From the NCBI GenBank assembly GCA_007127105.1, contig SLAA01000117.1:1-58338 (forward strand): a stretch of 58,338 bases of DNA, written 5' to 3'. Source of the stretch: Spirochaetales bacterium. Lineage in GTDB: Bacteria > Spirochaetota > Spirochaetia > DSM-27196 > SLAA01. A program made the translations under genes and the position numbers. Positions 36,297 to 46,327 of the stretch are shown here, piece by piece. The notes beneath the pieces are model-generated. The model saw only the letters and a program-made list of their open reading frames with translations, was not told the DNA's origin and searched no databases. Position 1 is the stretch's first letter. Each line of letters opens with the position of its first letter.

Positions 36297-38813
36297 CTAC
36301 AGCGCCCCGAAACTCTTCATCTGCAGAGCCATTTCCCGTAGCCGTCGTTCCACCAGGGCATTCACACTGCCTCCACGGTAGCCGCCCTTTAAGGTCCGGC
36401 CGCCCGCTTCCAGGCCGGTCAGGATTTCCATGGCCTCATCTACGGTCGCCACCGACCATACATGGAACATACCTTCATCAAGGGCCGCTTGCAGAGCTCT
36501 TGAAGGCATGAGGTTGGCAAGGTTGCCTCGGGGAATAATAACCCCCTGCGACCCGCTGAGTCCCAGCTTGCAGCAAACCTCATAAAAACCTTCAATTTTC
36601 TCGTTGATCCCGCCCACAGCCTGTATCTGCCCCATCTGGTTGACCGATCCGGTGACAGCTATGTCCTGCCGCAATGGCAACTCTGCAATAGAGCTGAGCA
36701 GCACATAGACCTCGCTTGAGGAGGCCGAGTCTCCATCTACCTCGATATAGGACTGTTCAAAACAGATTGATCCGCGCACCGAGAGCGGAAAGTCCTGGGC
36801 GTACTTCGAGCGGAGATATCCCTCCAGTATGTACACTCCCTTGTCATGAATCTCTCCAGAGAGCCCGGACTCGCGTTCAATATTGACAATGCCCTCGCTC
36901 CCGGGTGCGGTGCGCGCCGTGATAAGCATGGGCCGTGCAAAGGCGTAGTACCCACGGTCAAGTATTGCGAGCCCGTTAATGCGTCCTACCGCCATCCCGG
37001 AAACGGCCACGAGCAGCTCTCCCGAGAGTATCTGTTCGTCAATTTTTTCTTGCGGCAGGTTTGAAAGAAAGGCCCGTTCGGTCACGGCCGCCTCGACCGA
37101 TTCTCGGGTAATTGTGCTGTCCTTGCTCCGGCGGGCACAGTAGTCGGACTCACGCAGGAGGTCAGCAATGCGGGAGAAGCGCGTGCTGTACAAATTCCGG
37201 AACTCACCAAGCCGAACTGCGTGCTCAAGAATAGCGGCAATCCCACTTGCTTCGGGCTCAAGCAATGACTCCTGGACCGCGATCATGCGTACAAAAGCAA
37301 TGTAGCGCGCAGTGGTGTCGGCGTTACGTGGCATAACGGAGTCAAACTCAGCGGTGACCTTGAAGAGCTTCCCAAAGTCGTCGTCACCGTAATAGAGGGC
37401 GTCGTAGACATGCTCGGCGGCAGTCACAATGAGCTTAAAGCGTACCTCAATCGGTTCCGGCCTGAGAAACCCCGTATGGGCCTGCGGGCCGGGCACGGTA
37501 CGAATCTCGGTTATTCCGTCCTGCAGCACCCGCTTACAGGCTTGCCACACATCTTCTTGGGTGAAAAGGTCCTCGGCCCGGAGCACAAGAAAGCCACCGG
37601 ACGCCTTGGCGACCGCACCTACACGTAAACTCCGGTAGTCGGGAACAGCGGACTCATCACCGCTCTGCATAGACTCAATACTGCCGAACATCGTCTGGTA
37701 GTCCGGATTGCTCTCAAATACAACCGGTGCGGAACGAGAGTCGGTGTGATCAACCACGATATTCACGCCGTATCGCTGGAGCTGCTCGGAGCTGCTGGGG
37801 CCTCCCCCGGCGTCCAGGCCTCCATTCTCACCATCAACCACGAATAGCTGCAGGTTTTCCAGGATGTCCCTGGTGAAGGCATCCAGATAGGTCTTCACGG
37901 CTGGAGCCGAAAAGCGCGCACTCAAACGACCCGTAGCAGCACGCAGGTGCGGCTCAATGGCCTTCCTGCGCAGTTCGGAAAGCTGCGCGTCAATGTTTTC
38001 ACGGTCAAGTCGGAGACGAAGCATGATGCGATGCATCTCTTCCAGGTACGCGTAATACCGTGTACGAGTTTCTTCCAGTCCTGCTCGCTCACGTTTTCCC
38101 GACGAAACTTCCCGCTCGAGCTCTGCGAAGCTTGCCGGTTCGCCTTCTATGAGAGGCACGAGCTCAGCCTTAGCTGCCTCTCCGGGTGAAGCGACAACCC
38201 GGAAACCCTCTCGGCCTATTCGATCCTCGAACTCTGCAATCGTTTGTGCCTCACGGGTCTGAACCGATTGAAGCAAGGCGTCGCGCTCCGAGATGAATTC
38301 CTGATCCTCGGTGAGCAGTTCAATGCTGCGGCGTATCTGGGCCACGCAGTCGCCTAGCCCTGTCCGAAACTCGCGAGCGCTTCCGGGCTCGAAATACAGA
38401 ACCCGTGGCTCGTAGGGGCAACTGAAATTATGGACATAGGCAATGTCACGCAGGCCCGAAATGTCACCGGAGAACTCGGCGAGCACGCGTTCTACGGCGG
38501 TCCGCTTACCGACCCCAGATGGGCCGGTGACTATGACGTTGTAACCCCTGTTTCGTATTTCTAGAGCCATGCGCAAGGCTCGCAAGGCCCGGGGTTGCCC
38601 AATGATACCAAACTCGCCGTTCTCACCCTGGTCGGGCAGCTCGGCCTCGGTTGTGTTCCGCGCCTGCTCGGCGGCAGTTATGCCAGCGTTAACTTCTTCT
38701 GGGTCAATGGTGAATGTGTAGTCCTGCGATTGTGCTCTCAAGCGCTGTTCGGCGGGTAGCTCTTCACCGGAACTCCCAAGTTGCGAGCCGGTGCTGTAGT
38801 TCTTCTCAATCAT
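36297..38813 (-). CDS. Lon-like protease (LonC/YcbZ type, AAA-like + S16 domain)
   Basis: IIGQPRA, GPSGVGKR, YVHNF..P, coiled-coil insert, GRINGLA, FEQSYIEVDGDSAS (Ser), GINEKIEGF (Lys). Confidence 0.9.
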   Translation of the reverse strand: MIEKNYSTGSQLGSSGEELPAEQRLRAQSQDYTFTIDPEEVNAGITAAEQARNTTEAELPDQGENGEFGIIGQPRALRALRMALEIRNRGYNVIVTGPSGVGKRTAVERVLAEFSGDISGLRDIAYVHNFSCPYEPRVLYFEPGSAREFRTGLGDCVAQIRRSIELLTEDQEFISERDALLQSVQTREAQTIAEFEDRIGREGFRVVASPGEAAKAELVPLIEGEPASFAELEREVSSGKRERAGLEETRTRYYAYLEEMHRIMLRLRLDRENIDAQLSELRRKAIEPHLRAATGRLSARFSAPAVKTYLDAFTRDILENLQLFVVDGENGGLDAGGGPSSSEQLQRYGVNIVVDHTDSRSAPVVFESNPDYQTMFGSIESMQSGDESAVPDYRSLRVGAVAKASGGFLVLRAEDLFTQEDVWQACKRVLQDGITEIRTVPGPQAHTGFLRPEPIEVRFKLIVTAAEHVYDALYYGDDDFGKLFKVTAEFDSVMPRNADTTARYIAFVRMIAVQESLLEPEASGIAAILEHAVRLGEFRNLYSTRFSRIADLLRESDYCARRSKDSTITRESVEAAVTERAFLSNLPQEKIDEQILSGELLVAVSGMAVGRINGLAILDRGYYAFARPMLITARTAPGSEGIVNIERESGLSGEIHDKGVYILEGYLRSKYAQDFPLSVRGSICFEQSYIEVDGDSASSSEVYVLLSSIAELPLRQDIAVTGSVNQMGQIQAVGGINEKIEGFYEVCCKLGLSGSQGVIIPRGNLANLMPSRALQAALDEGMFHVWSVATVDEAMEILTGLEAGGRTLKGGYRGGSVNALVERRLREMALQMKSFGAL

Positions 38814-38898
38814 GTGACTCGTATCATATCCCAAAGCAGCCCCAGCTGGCCAGAGTCCCGATGCGTTGCCTGCCAGGCTTTCGGTGCTTCATAATGGC

Positions 38899-38927
38899 TT
38901 GGAAAAAGCCAACAGGCGTTCTATACT
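38899..38927 (+). promoter_or_regulatory. Sigma-70 promoter, leaderless nif3-lspA operon
   Basis: TTGGAA-N17-TATACT, 6 nt before ATG 38934, no SD. Confidence 0.65.
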
Positions 38928-38933
38928 GCCTCC

Positions 38934-39695
38934 ATGCTACTTCAAGAACTGGATCACTATCTGCGATCGCACTTGGCTATTGATGAGCTGCAGGCTGTCG
39001 ACAAAAGCCTCAACGGTATTCAGGTGGGACGACGCACACAGGATGTACGCCGCGTTGCATGCGCAGTCGACGCCTGCGCCGAAACCTTTGACCGTGCCGC
39101 CGAATGGGGTGCCGACGTGCTTGTTGTGCATCATGGTTTGTACTGGGGGCGCGTGCTCCCTTTAACCGGTGAGCACTATGAGCGCATTCGGAAGCTCATG
39201 GATGCCGATATCGCACTGTACGCAGTGCATCTGCCCTTAGATATGCACCCCGAGTTCGGCAACAACGCCGAAATGGCGAAGGCTCTTCATCTCAAGGAGA
39301 CGAAACCTTTTGGGAAGTATCATGGCTACGAGATAGGGGTTTCGGGGCGCCTTGAACCCGCGGTTCGCAGAGAGGAAGTTGTTGACAGCCTGTTCGCCGA
39401 CCTCGGGAATCCGCTTGCGGTACTCCCTTTTGGCCCGGAAATGGTCAGCAGTGTGGGAATTGTTTCGGGTGGTGCAGTCTTCGAGGTGGAGCAAGCCATT
39501 GAGCAAGGGCTCGATCTCTACATCACCGGTGATGCCTCGCACACTGTTTACCATCGTTGCATGGAGGCCGGAATCAATGTAGTTTTTGGTGGCCATTACG
39601 CAACGGAAGTCTGGGGGCCACGCGCGCTCGGGGAACGAGTGGCTAAAGACCTGGGACTCGAAACGAGCTTCATTGACGTGCCAACCGGCCTCTAA
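38934..39695 (+). CDS. Nif3/YbgI dinuclear-metal protein
   Basis: NGIQVG, VHHGLYW, HLPLDMHPEFGNN, YITGD, GHYATE. Confidence 0.93.
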   Translation: MLLQELDHYLRSHLAIDELQAVDKSLNGIQVGRRTQDVRRVACAVDACAETFDRAAEWGADVLVVHHGLYWGRVLPLTGEHYERIRKLMDADIALYAVHLPLDMHPEFGNNAEMAKALHLKETKPFGKYHGYEIGVSGRLEPAVRREEVVDSLFADLGNPLAVLPFGPEMVSSVGIVSGGAVFEVEQAIEQGLDLYITGDASHTVYHRCMEAGINVVFGGHYATEVWGPRALGERVAKDLGLETSFIDVPTGL

Positions 39696-39736
39696 GCGGC
39701 ATGCGCCAACCATTTTTCGGGAGAAAACCTACTGCC

Positions 39737-40309
39737 ATGATCAATCGTGAACAACTGAAGCCCCTTTTCCTGGTACCGATTATCGCGATAATCGACCAGA
39801 TCACCAAGCACATTGTGGTCTTGCGCATTGAACCCATTTATGCAGGTGGAGAGATCATTGAGGTCGTCGGCGACTTCATCCGCATTATTCACGCTCGCAA
39901 TCCTGGAATTGCATTCAGCATTGGGCGTGATCTTCCAGATCCTTTCCGAGGAATTCTCTTCACTGCCGTTCCGCTCCTGGTACTCGCCGCACTACTGGCC
40001 TACTACCTCCACACTAAGGATCTGCCCCTGCCGTATCGCTACGCCGTGGCCGGGATACTTGGCGGTGGGGCGGGGAACCTCATAGACCGCATCTTTCGAC
40101 CGGACGGAGTGGTGGACTTCATTGATGTCCGTTTCTACGGACTACTGGGAATGGAGCGCTGGCCTACCTTCAACGTGGCGGATGCGTGTGTTGTTATGGC
40201 GGGTGTCCTGCTCTTCGTTGCAATGCTTCGTGACGAGTTTCATGGGAAAGGCTCGGAACAAGACAAGGACTCGGAACAAGACAAGGAACAGATAAACCGT
40301 GAAGTTTAA
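39737..40309 (+). CDS. lspA: Lipoprotein signal peptidase II
   Basis: DQITK, NPGIAFS, GGAGNLIDR, VVDFI, WPTFNVAD. Confidence 0.95.
   Translation: MINREQLKPLFLVPIIAIIDQITKHIVVLRIEPIYAGGEIIEVVGDFIRIIHARNPGIAFSIGRDLPDPFRGILFTAVPLLVLAALLAYYLHTKDLPLPYRYAVAGILGGGAGNLIDRIFRPDGVVDFIDVRFYGLLGMERWPTFNVADACVVMAGVLLFVAMLRDEFHGKGSEQDKDSEQDKEQINREV
40252..40287 (+). repeat. Perfect 18-bp tandem duplication at the lspA 3' end
   Basis: CTCGGAACAAGACAAGGA x2. Confidence 0.9.
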
Positions 40310-40598
40310 GAGTAAGAGACTTAACACCATACTCCTGGTGTTTGCCGCAACAGTTTTGAACCTCGTAGTAATGGCGGTGCTGTACTTTGGACTGGTACTA
40401 CTCTACGGACGCTTCGGAGCACCCTACATTCCGCCCGAGTATGGGGCACCAATACTGGTTGGGTTGTTCCTGTTTGTGGCGGCGCTCACCTACTTCGGTT
40501 ACTACCATCTTATGCGGATACTTGCACAGCGCTACGATATGGAACGCTACTTCGACCCTGTCTTCCCCAAAAGCAAACCCAGGAATGGAACTCAGTAG
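40299..40598 (+). CDS. Small two-TM hypothetical membrane protein
   Basis: AAGGA SD; overlaps lspA stop; two hydrophobic helices; C-terminal MERYFDPVF. Confidence 0.75.
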   Translation: MKFKSKRLNTILLVFAATVLNLVVMAVLYFGLVLLYGRFGAPYIPPEYGAPILVGLFLFVAALTYFGYYHLMRILAQRYDMERYFDPVFPKSKPRNGTQ

Positions 40599-42247
40599 CC
40601 GTCGGACATGGCGCGATTCTGGTCCTTCTTATAAAGCTCCTGGTACACAAATCCGCGGTTCTTGAGCTTGTCCTTCACCTCTTGGGGAAAGGGTAGATAT
40701 CGCCAGAAGATATCACGCACCTCGCGATCAAGCTTCTGTGTACCTTCGCTTTCTTTGGTAATCCAGAGTATGTAGTCGCCTATGAAGGCATCTTTGACAT
40801 CACCCTTCATTTTCCGGTCGCTAAACCACTGGTAGTACCAACCGGTGAGACCTTCCTCCATCCAGTAGTGCTGTGCCTTTTCCTTAGCGACCTGCCACCT
40901 GAGGTCTCCCACCGCAGCAATGATTGCCACCCTCAGATCCTTAGGGTACATAGCAACGGCAAGCCGTCCTCGACTTCCGGCACGATTAAAGCGCTCAAAC
41001 GGCTCCCAGCACACGCCGTACTCGCCGTAGCATGGAACAAGCACAATGTTCGGCACAATGCGGTTCGTCTGCTGCTTAAAGGTACGAAGAAAGATACCGG
41101 GATCCAGATACTCTATGCCAATGAGCGTGTTTATCACGTTTTCTCGGGTACCAAGATCCTGGATGCCCCCGCGATAGTACTGTTTCAGGAGGAGCGGGAA
41201 ATGATTTCCTTGACGGCCGACCACGAGCTTGGCCATTTGTCGCACAGTGTTTAACTCATCTACAACCGTCTTTGCGTCGACGCGATAGTTGTTATCCTCG
41301 TCTTCATCTCCATCTGCGTCCTTGGCCGTCAACTCGTCGAGTTGCTCCTGAAGCGACTCAAGCTCACGGAGCTGACGCTCAAGTTCCCGATTCATGGTTG
41401 CCAGCTTGCGCGTGAGATTGCCAATTTCGGTCAGTGAGGCCTTACGGCCATCGTCGTAGGGTTGCCGGACTCCCCCGAGATCGTCACGGACATCTGTATC
41501 TTTGAGACTTTCTGCATGTCCACTCAACGCGTTCTCAAGAATCTCCATCTCCTCGGTGTGATTGCGAATGAGCGCCGCCTGAGCCTGAAACTTACCGCGT
41601 GTCTTTTCGAGCTGAGCATTCAGCCGTTGCCCGGCCTGCCTTGCTGCTGCCTTGGTTTCGTCGGTAGCCGAGGCGTTCACCCTGCCACGGGCAACCAGAG
41701 TCAACCACTCATCTACGTAGTAGATCGGTTCACCAGTCTTGTTCTCAGGCACAACCCTTGAGAGAATGTCACGTTGCTCAGCATCGATCATGGTCGGTAG
41801 CAGAACAGAGAATCGCAGAAAGAGCTTCTTTTCAATGGAGAGTGCGTTGATCTTTCGGGCAAGGCCAGCAAGGAGATCCCAGTAGGCAGGTATCAGTCGC
41901 CCTCGATAGAGCGAGCGATCTTCCGAGGTCTTTGAGTTCAGAAATGAGCTGAGGAGCGAGTGCACCTTCTTGGATACCTCGCCCTCGCCGGTAAGAACAT
42001 TTTTGTAGTAGTCTTTGCTGTTGAAATGGTCATGTGGTTCGGCTTGCAGCTGTGCAGGTTGGGTAAAGCCACGGGAACTAAAGGTGTCGTGGGTCTCTAC
42101 GCCTTCTAGTCCGGCGTCTCCGGAGCCTTCATCGCCAAAGAGCTCGGTGAAGTCCGGCATCCCTTCATCATGCTCAACGCCAATGAGATCGGCAAGGTCG
42201 TCATCGAGTTCACCTGAGAATCGACTTCTGCTTTGCTCATTACTCAT
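40592..42247 (-). CDS. Hypothetical cytoplasmic protein with acidic N-terminus, coiled coil and Trp-rich C-terminal domain
   Basis: 551-aa ORF from ATG 42247; central heptad region; YYVDEWL, GDLRWQVAK, DYILWI..E..G. Confidence 0.85.
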   Translation of the reverse strand: MSNEQSRSRFSGELDDDLADLIGVEHDEGMPDFTELFGDEGSGDAGLEGVETHDTFSSRGFTQPAQLQAEPHDHFNSKDYYKNVLTGEGEVSKKVHSLLSSFLNSKTSEDRSLYRGRLIPAYWDLLAGLARKINALSIEKKLFLRFSVLLPTMIDAEQRDILSRVVPENKTGEPIYYVDEWLTLVARGRVNASATDETKAAARQAGQRLNAQLEKTRGKFQAQAALIRNHTEEMEILENALSGHAESLKDTDVRDDLGGVRQPYDDGRKASLTEIGNLTRKLATMNRELERQLRELESLQEQLDELTAKDADGDEDEDNNYRVDAKTVVDELNTVRQMAKLVVGRQGNHFPLLLKQYYRGGIQDLGTRENVINTLIGIEYLDPGIFLRTFKQQTNRIVPNIVLVPCYGEYGVCWEPFERFNRAGSRGRLAVAMYPKDLRVAIIAAVGDLRWQVAKEKAQHYWMEEGLTGWYYQWFSDRKMKGDVKDAFIGDYILWITKESEGTQKLDREVRDIFWRYLPFPQEVKDKLKNRGFVYQELYKKDQNRAMSDGY

Positions 42248-42285
42248 TAGGTTTGTTCTACACGTTTCGACAATAGGCGAAGATA

Positions 42286-42359
42286 TGGAGGTGACGGGAT
42301 TCGAACCCGTGACCCCTTGAATGCCATTCAAGTACTCTAGCCAACTGAGCTACACCCCC
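42286..42359 (-). tRNA. tRNA-Ala(GGC), CCA not encoded
   Basis: GGGGGTG/CACCTCC acceptor stem with G3:U70, TAGCTCAGTTGG D arm, CTTGA-ATGGCAT-TCAAG anticodon arm, GGTTCGAATCC T arm. Confidence 0.96.
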
Positions 42360-42405
42360 AAATCTGTATAGTACTTAACCATGCTCTAAGTTACTGTACG
42401 ATGGC

Positions 42406-42434
42406 ATTCTTTCCGTATTTGGGGGCCTTGTCAA
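42406..42434 (-). promoter_or_regulatory. Candidate sigma-70 promoter of tRNA-Ala
   Basis: TTGACA-N17-AAGAAT. Confidence 0.45.
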
Positions 42435-42584
42435 CAGGTTTCTACCACTTTGTAGCTACTCGCCGCAGGGGGCACCGTATCCATTCGCGAGCTCAGCTAA
42501 GGCAGGACGTAAAGCCCCCTTGCGACGGCTCGCGCTCTTAGATAGACTGCCTTTACAATGCCCATACGATGCGAGCGCAAATAG

Positions 42585-44420
42585 ATGAAGAGTCGGATCA
42601 AGAAGGCCTATTTTTTTATACCGGCCGTATACATCGTCATTCTCCTTGGCCTGGTTGCACTGCAATTCGCTACTACGCAGCGTTTTAGCGATGCCCGGCA
42701 AGGGCTTTCCTTGAGTGGCAGACGTGAACTCCATACCGACATGGAACGCGCACCTATACGCGAGCTCCAGCTCAGCTACCGCGGAATCATTTTTGCGTTC
42801 TCTACTGAGAACCCCCTCACCATTCGTGATACCGAGAATGCCGAGCGGCATCTCACGCTCGTGGGCTACACTCCTCTTGACAATGGCTTTGAGGTCCACT
42901 TCAGCGATGATATCTCGGTACGGTTTGCGGTCGTTGGAGAGGAACTCAATGAACTCGCGGTGCAGCCGTTCCTGCCACAAGACCCCGCCCCGGCCGTCGA
43001 GCTATTTCTTCCCTACCAGTTCGCTTCCGGTGCAAGCGGATCCTTGGACTCGTCAGGCGTGTTTGAAGTAAACCACAACGGTCGTGGATTCTATCTTGCT
43101 GCGCCACCTCGGGCGCGGATCAACGAACAAGAGCGTCGTATTGAGCTCCCTGGGGATGTAGATCTGCAGACAGTGCGTTACTATGCGGCACCCATAGAGG
43201 TTGAGAGCGTAACCGAGCGCTTCTTTCAGGACGGTGAGTTTGAAATCTCGTCCCAAGCCTACCTGGCCGCACGGAACGCTTATATCGACACCGCGTATCG
43301 GGGTTGGGGAGACACTCGTTTCAACGGTGGCTCAGGAACCTGGACTCGACTCGGGGCTACACCAGCCTTTGACGAGCGTATTCTCACCGCCTACCTTGCC
43401 GAGGCATGGTATCGCAACGACTACACCGGCGCCTTTAACGACATGCGCCGTGCAGCAGATCAACACCCAAATGAGGTCGGTCTGCTTTCGAGCCCCTTCC
43501 TTGGCGATCTCAACACTGTTCGTGCTCGATTCCTGGAAGCAGACTCGGCGCGTGCAAGCGAGTTGTTGCGCCGAGTGCGCAATAACGATGTAGGTGTGTT
43601 CAGGACACCACACATTCTCCAGTTTGCTCGTGACAGGGCAGGGAGTGAACTGCTCCAAGGCCTTATGGCCATGGCCGAACGCATAGATCCCCGTGAACTG
43701 GACATGCCAACCGCAATTGGTGTCTTTCGGGCAGCGGTCGAAAGCCGCAACTTAGGCCTGGGAATGGCTACGCCAATGTCACGGTTTCTCAGTATTGCCG
43801 AGGAGCAAATACTGCCCGAGATTATCCGGGTTGAGGAAGGCTTTTTTCTCCGCACTGGCACCGGTCAGATCGAGCTCGAGCACTCGGTGCGAGCCGGGGT
43901 GCTCCTGAACGAACTCGGAGAGATGCAGGATAATGCAGTGCTCCGGCGCGCCGGACGCAACCTTGTAAGCTCGGCTCTTTCTCTCGCCGACCAAGAGGGC
44001 TTCCTTCCGCGGATTCTCCTCGTACGCTCCAATGAGCTTCACGGCTCGGAAGGAGTCTTGGGCCCGGAGGAACTGTATGAGGATATTCATGAGAACCCCA
44101 ACTATCCGTATTTCATTTCGCTCCATGGTGAGCTGGGGCCCGGCTCATGGGTATACACAATCGCAGATTTCGACCCGGTCGAACAGGTTCAGAACGAGAC
44201 TCGTTTCACCTTACGATATCCGCGAAACCGTACCCACTACATCATCATGCAGGGGATTGACCCTTTCGCCGAGATGGAGCTATTCGGACAGGTATGGCGC
44301 AACGACCCATTCTTTGAGTCCTATATCAAAGGCCGGAACTACGTGGCGTCTTCACGGACACTGCTGATCAAGTACAATGACAACTCGGTCGAGCGTGACA
44401 TCATCATTCGGTATAACTAA
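42585..44420 (+). CDS. Hypothetical membrane-anchored periplasmic protein (611 aa)
   Basis: Long ORF; single N-terminal TM helix; beta-rich termini, helical centre. Confidence 0.82.
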   Translation: MKSRIKKAYFFIPAVYIVILLGLVALQFATTQRFSDARQGLSLSGRRELHTDMERAPIRELQLSYRGIIFAFSTENPLTIRDTENAERHLTLVGYTPLDNGFEVHFSDDISVRFAVVGEELNELAVQPFLPQDPAPAVELFLPYQFASGASGSLDSSGVFEVNHNGRGFYLAAPPRARINEQERRIELPGDVDLQTVRYYAAPIEVESVTERFFQDGEFEISSQAYLAARNAYIDTAYRGWGDTRFNGGSGTWTRLGATPAFDERILTAYLAEAWYRNDYTGAFNDMRRAADQHPNEVGLLSSPFLGDLNTVRARFLEADSARASELLRRVRNNDVGVFRTPHILQFARDRAGSELLQGLMAMAERIDPRELDMPTAIGVFRAAVESRNLGLGMATPMSRFLSIAEEQILPEIIRVEEGFFLRTGTGQIELEHSVRAGVLLNELGEMQDNAVLRRAGRNLVSSALSLADQEGFLPRILLVRSNELHGSEGVLGPEELYEDIHENPNYPYFISLHGELGPGSWVYTIADFDPVEQVQNETRFTLRYPRNRTHYIIMQGIDPFAEMELFGQVWRNDPFFESYIKGRNYVASSRTLLIKYNDNSVERDIIIRYN

Positions 44421-44433
44421 CAAGGCACACATC

Positions 44434-45108
44434 ATGAAACCCAGTTTCCCGACCTTAACCGCAGCTACAACCTTCTATTTTGTGCGCCACGGCGAGAGTG
44501 AGGCCAACCTGGACGGCCGCATGCAGGGCCGCACCGAGTCGCCACTTACTCCAGCTGGACGAGCGCAGGCAACCCGGACCGGCTCCTTCTTTCGCGGACG
44601 TGGAATAACCAAGCTTCTGAGTTCTCCCCTTGGACGGGCTCGCGAGACTGCTGCACTGCTTAGGCTCGGAGGGGAGCTGCCGGAGCCAGAAATTGTTCCC
44701 GATCTTCAGGAACTGGATCTTGGAATGTTCTCTAACCTCAGGTATGAGGAACTATCCACCCTGCACCCACGTGAGTTTCGGGCCTTTCAGGCCAAAAGCT
44801 GGGCTGCGGTACCAGACGCTGAGCCAAACGCTGAACTCCGCCGCCGTGCGGGTCGGGTCTGGGCACATCTGATAGAACTTGCACAATCAGGCCATACCGA
44901 GATCCTGAGTGTCAGTCACGGGGGATTTCTCCAGTGGATCATTAAGGAAACGTTTGGTAATGGGAGCGAAGATTGGATGCCAATGGTGGAAGCCCAGAAC
45001 TGCGGAATATTCATTTTTGAAGCCCGCCCTGTGCCCCCAGCCGAGCCTGGCGAATCTCCGTCCTACTATGGAATCTGGCGGCGGATGAATTACCAGGTGC
45101 CAGAATAG
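44434..45108 (+). CDS. Histidine phosphatase (phosphoglycerate mutase-like) family protein
   Basis: [30 protein letters not shown]. Confidence 0.9.
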   Translation: MKPSFPTLTAATTFYFVRHGESEANLDGRMQGRTESPLTPAGRAQATRTGSFFRGRGITKLLSSPLGRARETAALLRLGGELPEPEIVPDLQELDLGMFSNLRYEELSTLHPREFRAFQAKSWAAVPDAEPNAELRRRAGRVWAHLIELAQSGHTEILSVSHGGFLQWIIKETFGNGSEDWMPMVEAQNCGIFIFEARPVPPAEPGESPSYYGIWRRMNYQVPE

Positions 45109-45170
45109 AGTCCTTATCTGCGAGGGCAGTTTTGGGCAGAATAGGTTTCAAAAATAAGGAGCAGCGTATC

Positions 45171-46271
45171 ATGCGGACAGTTCGAATTGCAGTCCTGCCG
45201 GGCGACGGAATAGGACCTGAAATTATGGCAGAAGCCGAGAAAGTACTCGACCGGGTCGGAGAGCGAGTTGGTTTTCAGATAGAGAAGACACCAGCTGATG
45301 TTGGGGGAGTCGCTATTGATAATCACGGTGAAGCCCTACCGCAATCAACGGTAGATGTGTGCAAGGCTTCAGAGGCTATTCTTTTCGGCTCCATCGGTGG
45401 CCCAAAGTGGGAGAACCTACCGCCGGAAAAACAGCCCGAACGCGCCGCGTTGCTACCCTTACGCAAGCAGTTTGGTCTCTATGCGAATTTGCGTCCGGCA
45501 GTGATTTTTCCCGCGCTCAGAGATGCCTCACCACTCCGCCCGGAAGTCATTGGCGAGTCACTTGACCTCCTGGTTGTGCGCGAACTCACCGGCGGCATCT
45601 ACTTTGGCACTCCCAAAGGTCGCGACGGAGACCGCGCATACGACACACTGGTGTATTCACGGCCTGAGATTGAACGCATTGCACGTGTTGCATTTGAGGC
45701 GGCACGAGCACGCCGCAAATCTGTTACATCAATAGACAAGGCTAATGTGTTAGTGTCCATGGTCCTCTGGCGCGAGGTGGTAACCGAGGTCGCAAAGGAC
45801 TACCCGGATATTCAGCTGAACCACATGTACGTGGATAACGCGGCCATGCAGCTGGTACGTAATCCAAGGCAGTTCGATGTAATCCTGTGTGGGAACATGT
45901 TCGGTGACATTCTCTCGGACGAGTCGGCCATGATTACCGGCTCCTTGGGAATGCTCCCGAGTGCTTCCCTCGCAGGGGCGCCCTCCGGGGGCGGAAGCTT
46001 TGGCTTGTACGAGCCTTCTGGAGGTTCGGCCCCGGATATCGCCGGACAGGGCGTAGCAAATCCTATTGCGCAAGTTCTTTCTGCCGCAATGATGTTGAAG
46101 TACAGCTTTGGCATGGACGATGCGTACGACATGATTTTCGCGGCTATTGGCTCGGTGCTGGAGGCTGGCTTTCGAACGCAGGATATTGCAGGCCCAAGTG
46201 GAAAGGACACGGTCATCTCAACCTCACAGATGGGCGACAAGATTGTTGAGTCTATTTCCAGTTCTCACTAG
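45171..46271 (+). CDS. leuB: 3-isopropylmalate dehydrogenase
   Basis: [57 protein letters not shown]; TAAGGAG SD. Confidence 0.96.
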   Translation: MRTVRIAVLPGDGIGPEIMAEAEKVLDRVGERVGFQIEKTPADVGGVAIDNHGEALPQSTVDVCKASEAILFGSIGGPKWENLPPEKQPERAALLPLRKQFGLYANLRPAVIFPALRDASPLRPEVIGESLDLLVVRELTGGIYFGTPKGRDGDRAYDTLVYSRPEIERIARVAFEAARARRKSVTSIDKANVLVSMVLWREVVTEVAKDYPDIQLNHMYVDNAAMQLVRNPRQFDVILCGNMFGDILSDESAMITGSLGMLPSASLAGAPSGGGSFGLYEPSGGSAPDIAGQGVANPIAQVLSAAMMLKYSFGMDDAYDMIFAAIGSVLEAGFRTQDIAGPSGKDTVISTSQMGDKIVESISSSH

Positions 46272-46327
46272 AGGCGTTCTCTCGGAATACGCGTGATACC
46301 AGGATATGGCAGCTGCGCGGTGCGGTA

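Noticed and set aside
42248-42331. N-terminal extension MNGIQGVTGSNPVTS of the 579-aa ORF
   Set aside because: It is a translation of the tRNA-Ala sequence
42286-42359. tRNA-Ala as an island integration site
   Set aside because: I saw no duplicated tRNA 3' end, integrase or compositional shift in the window
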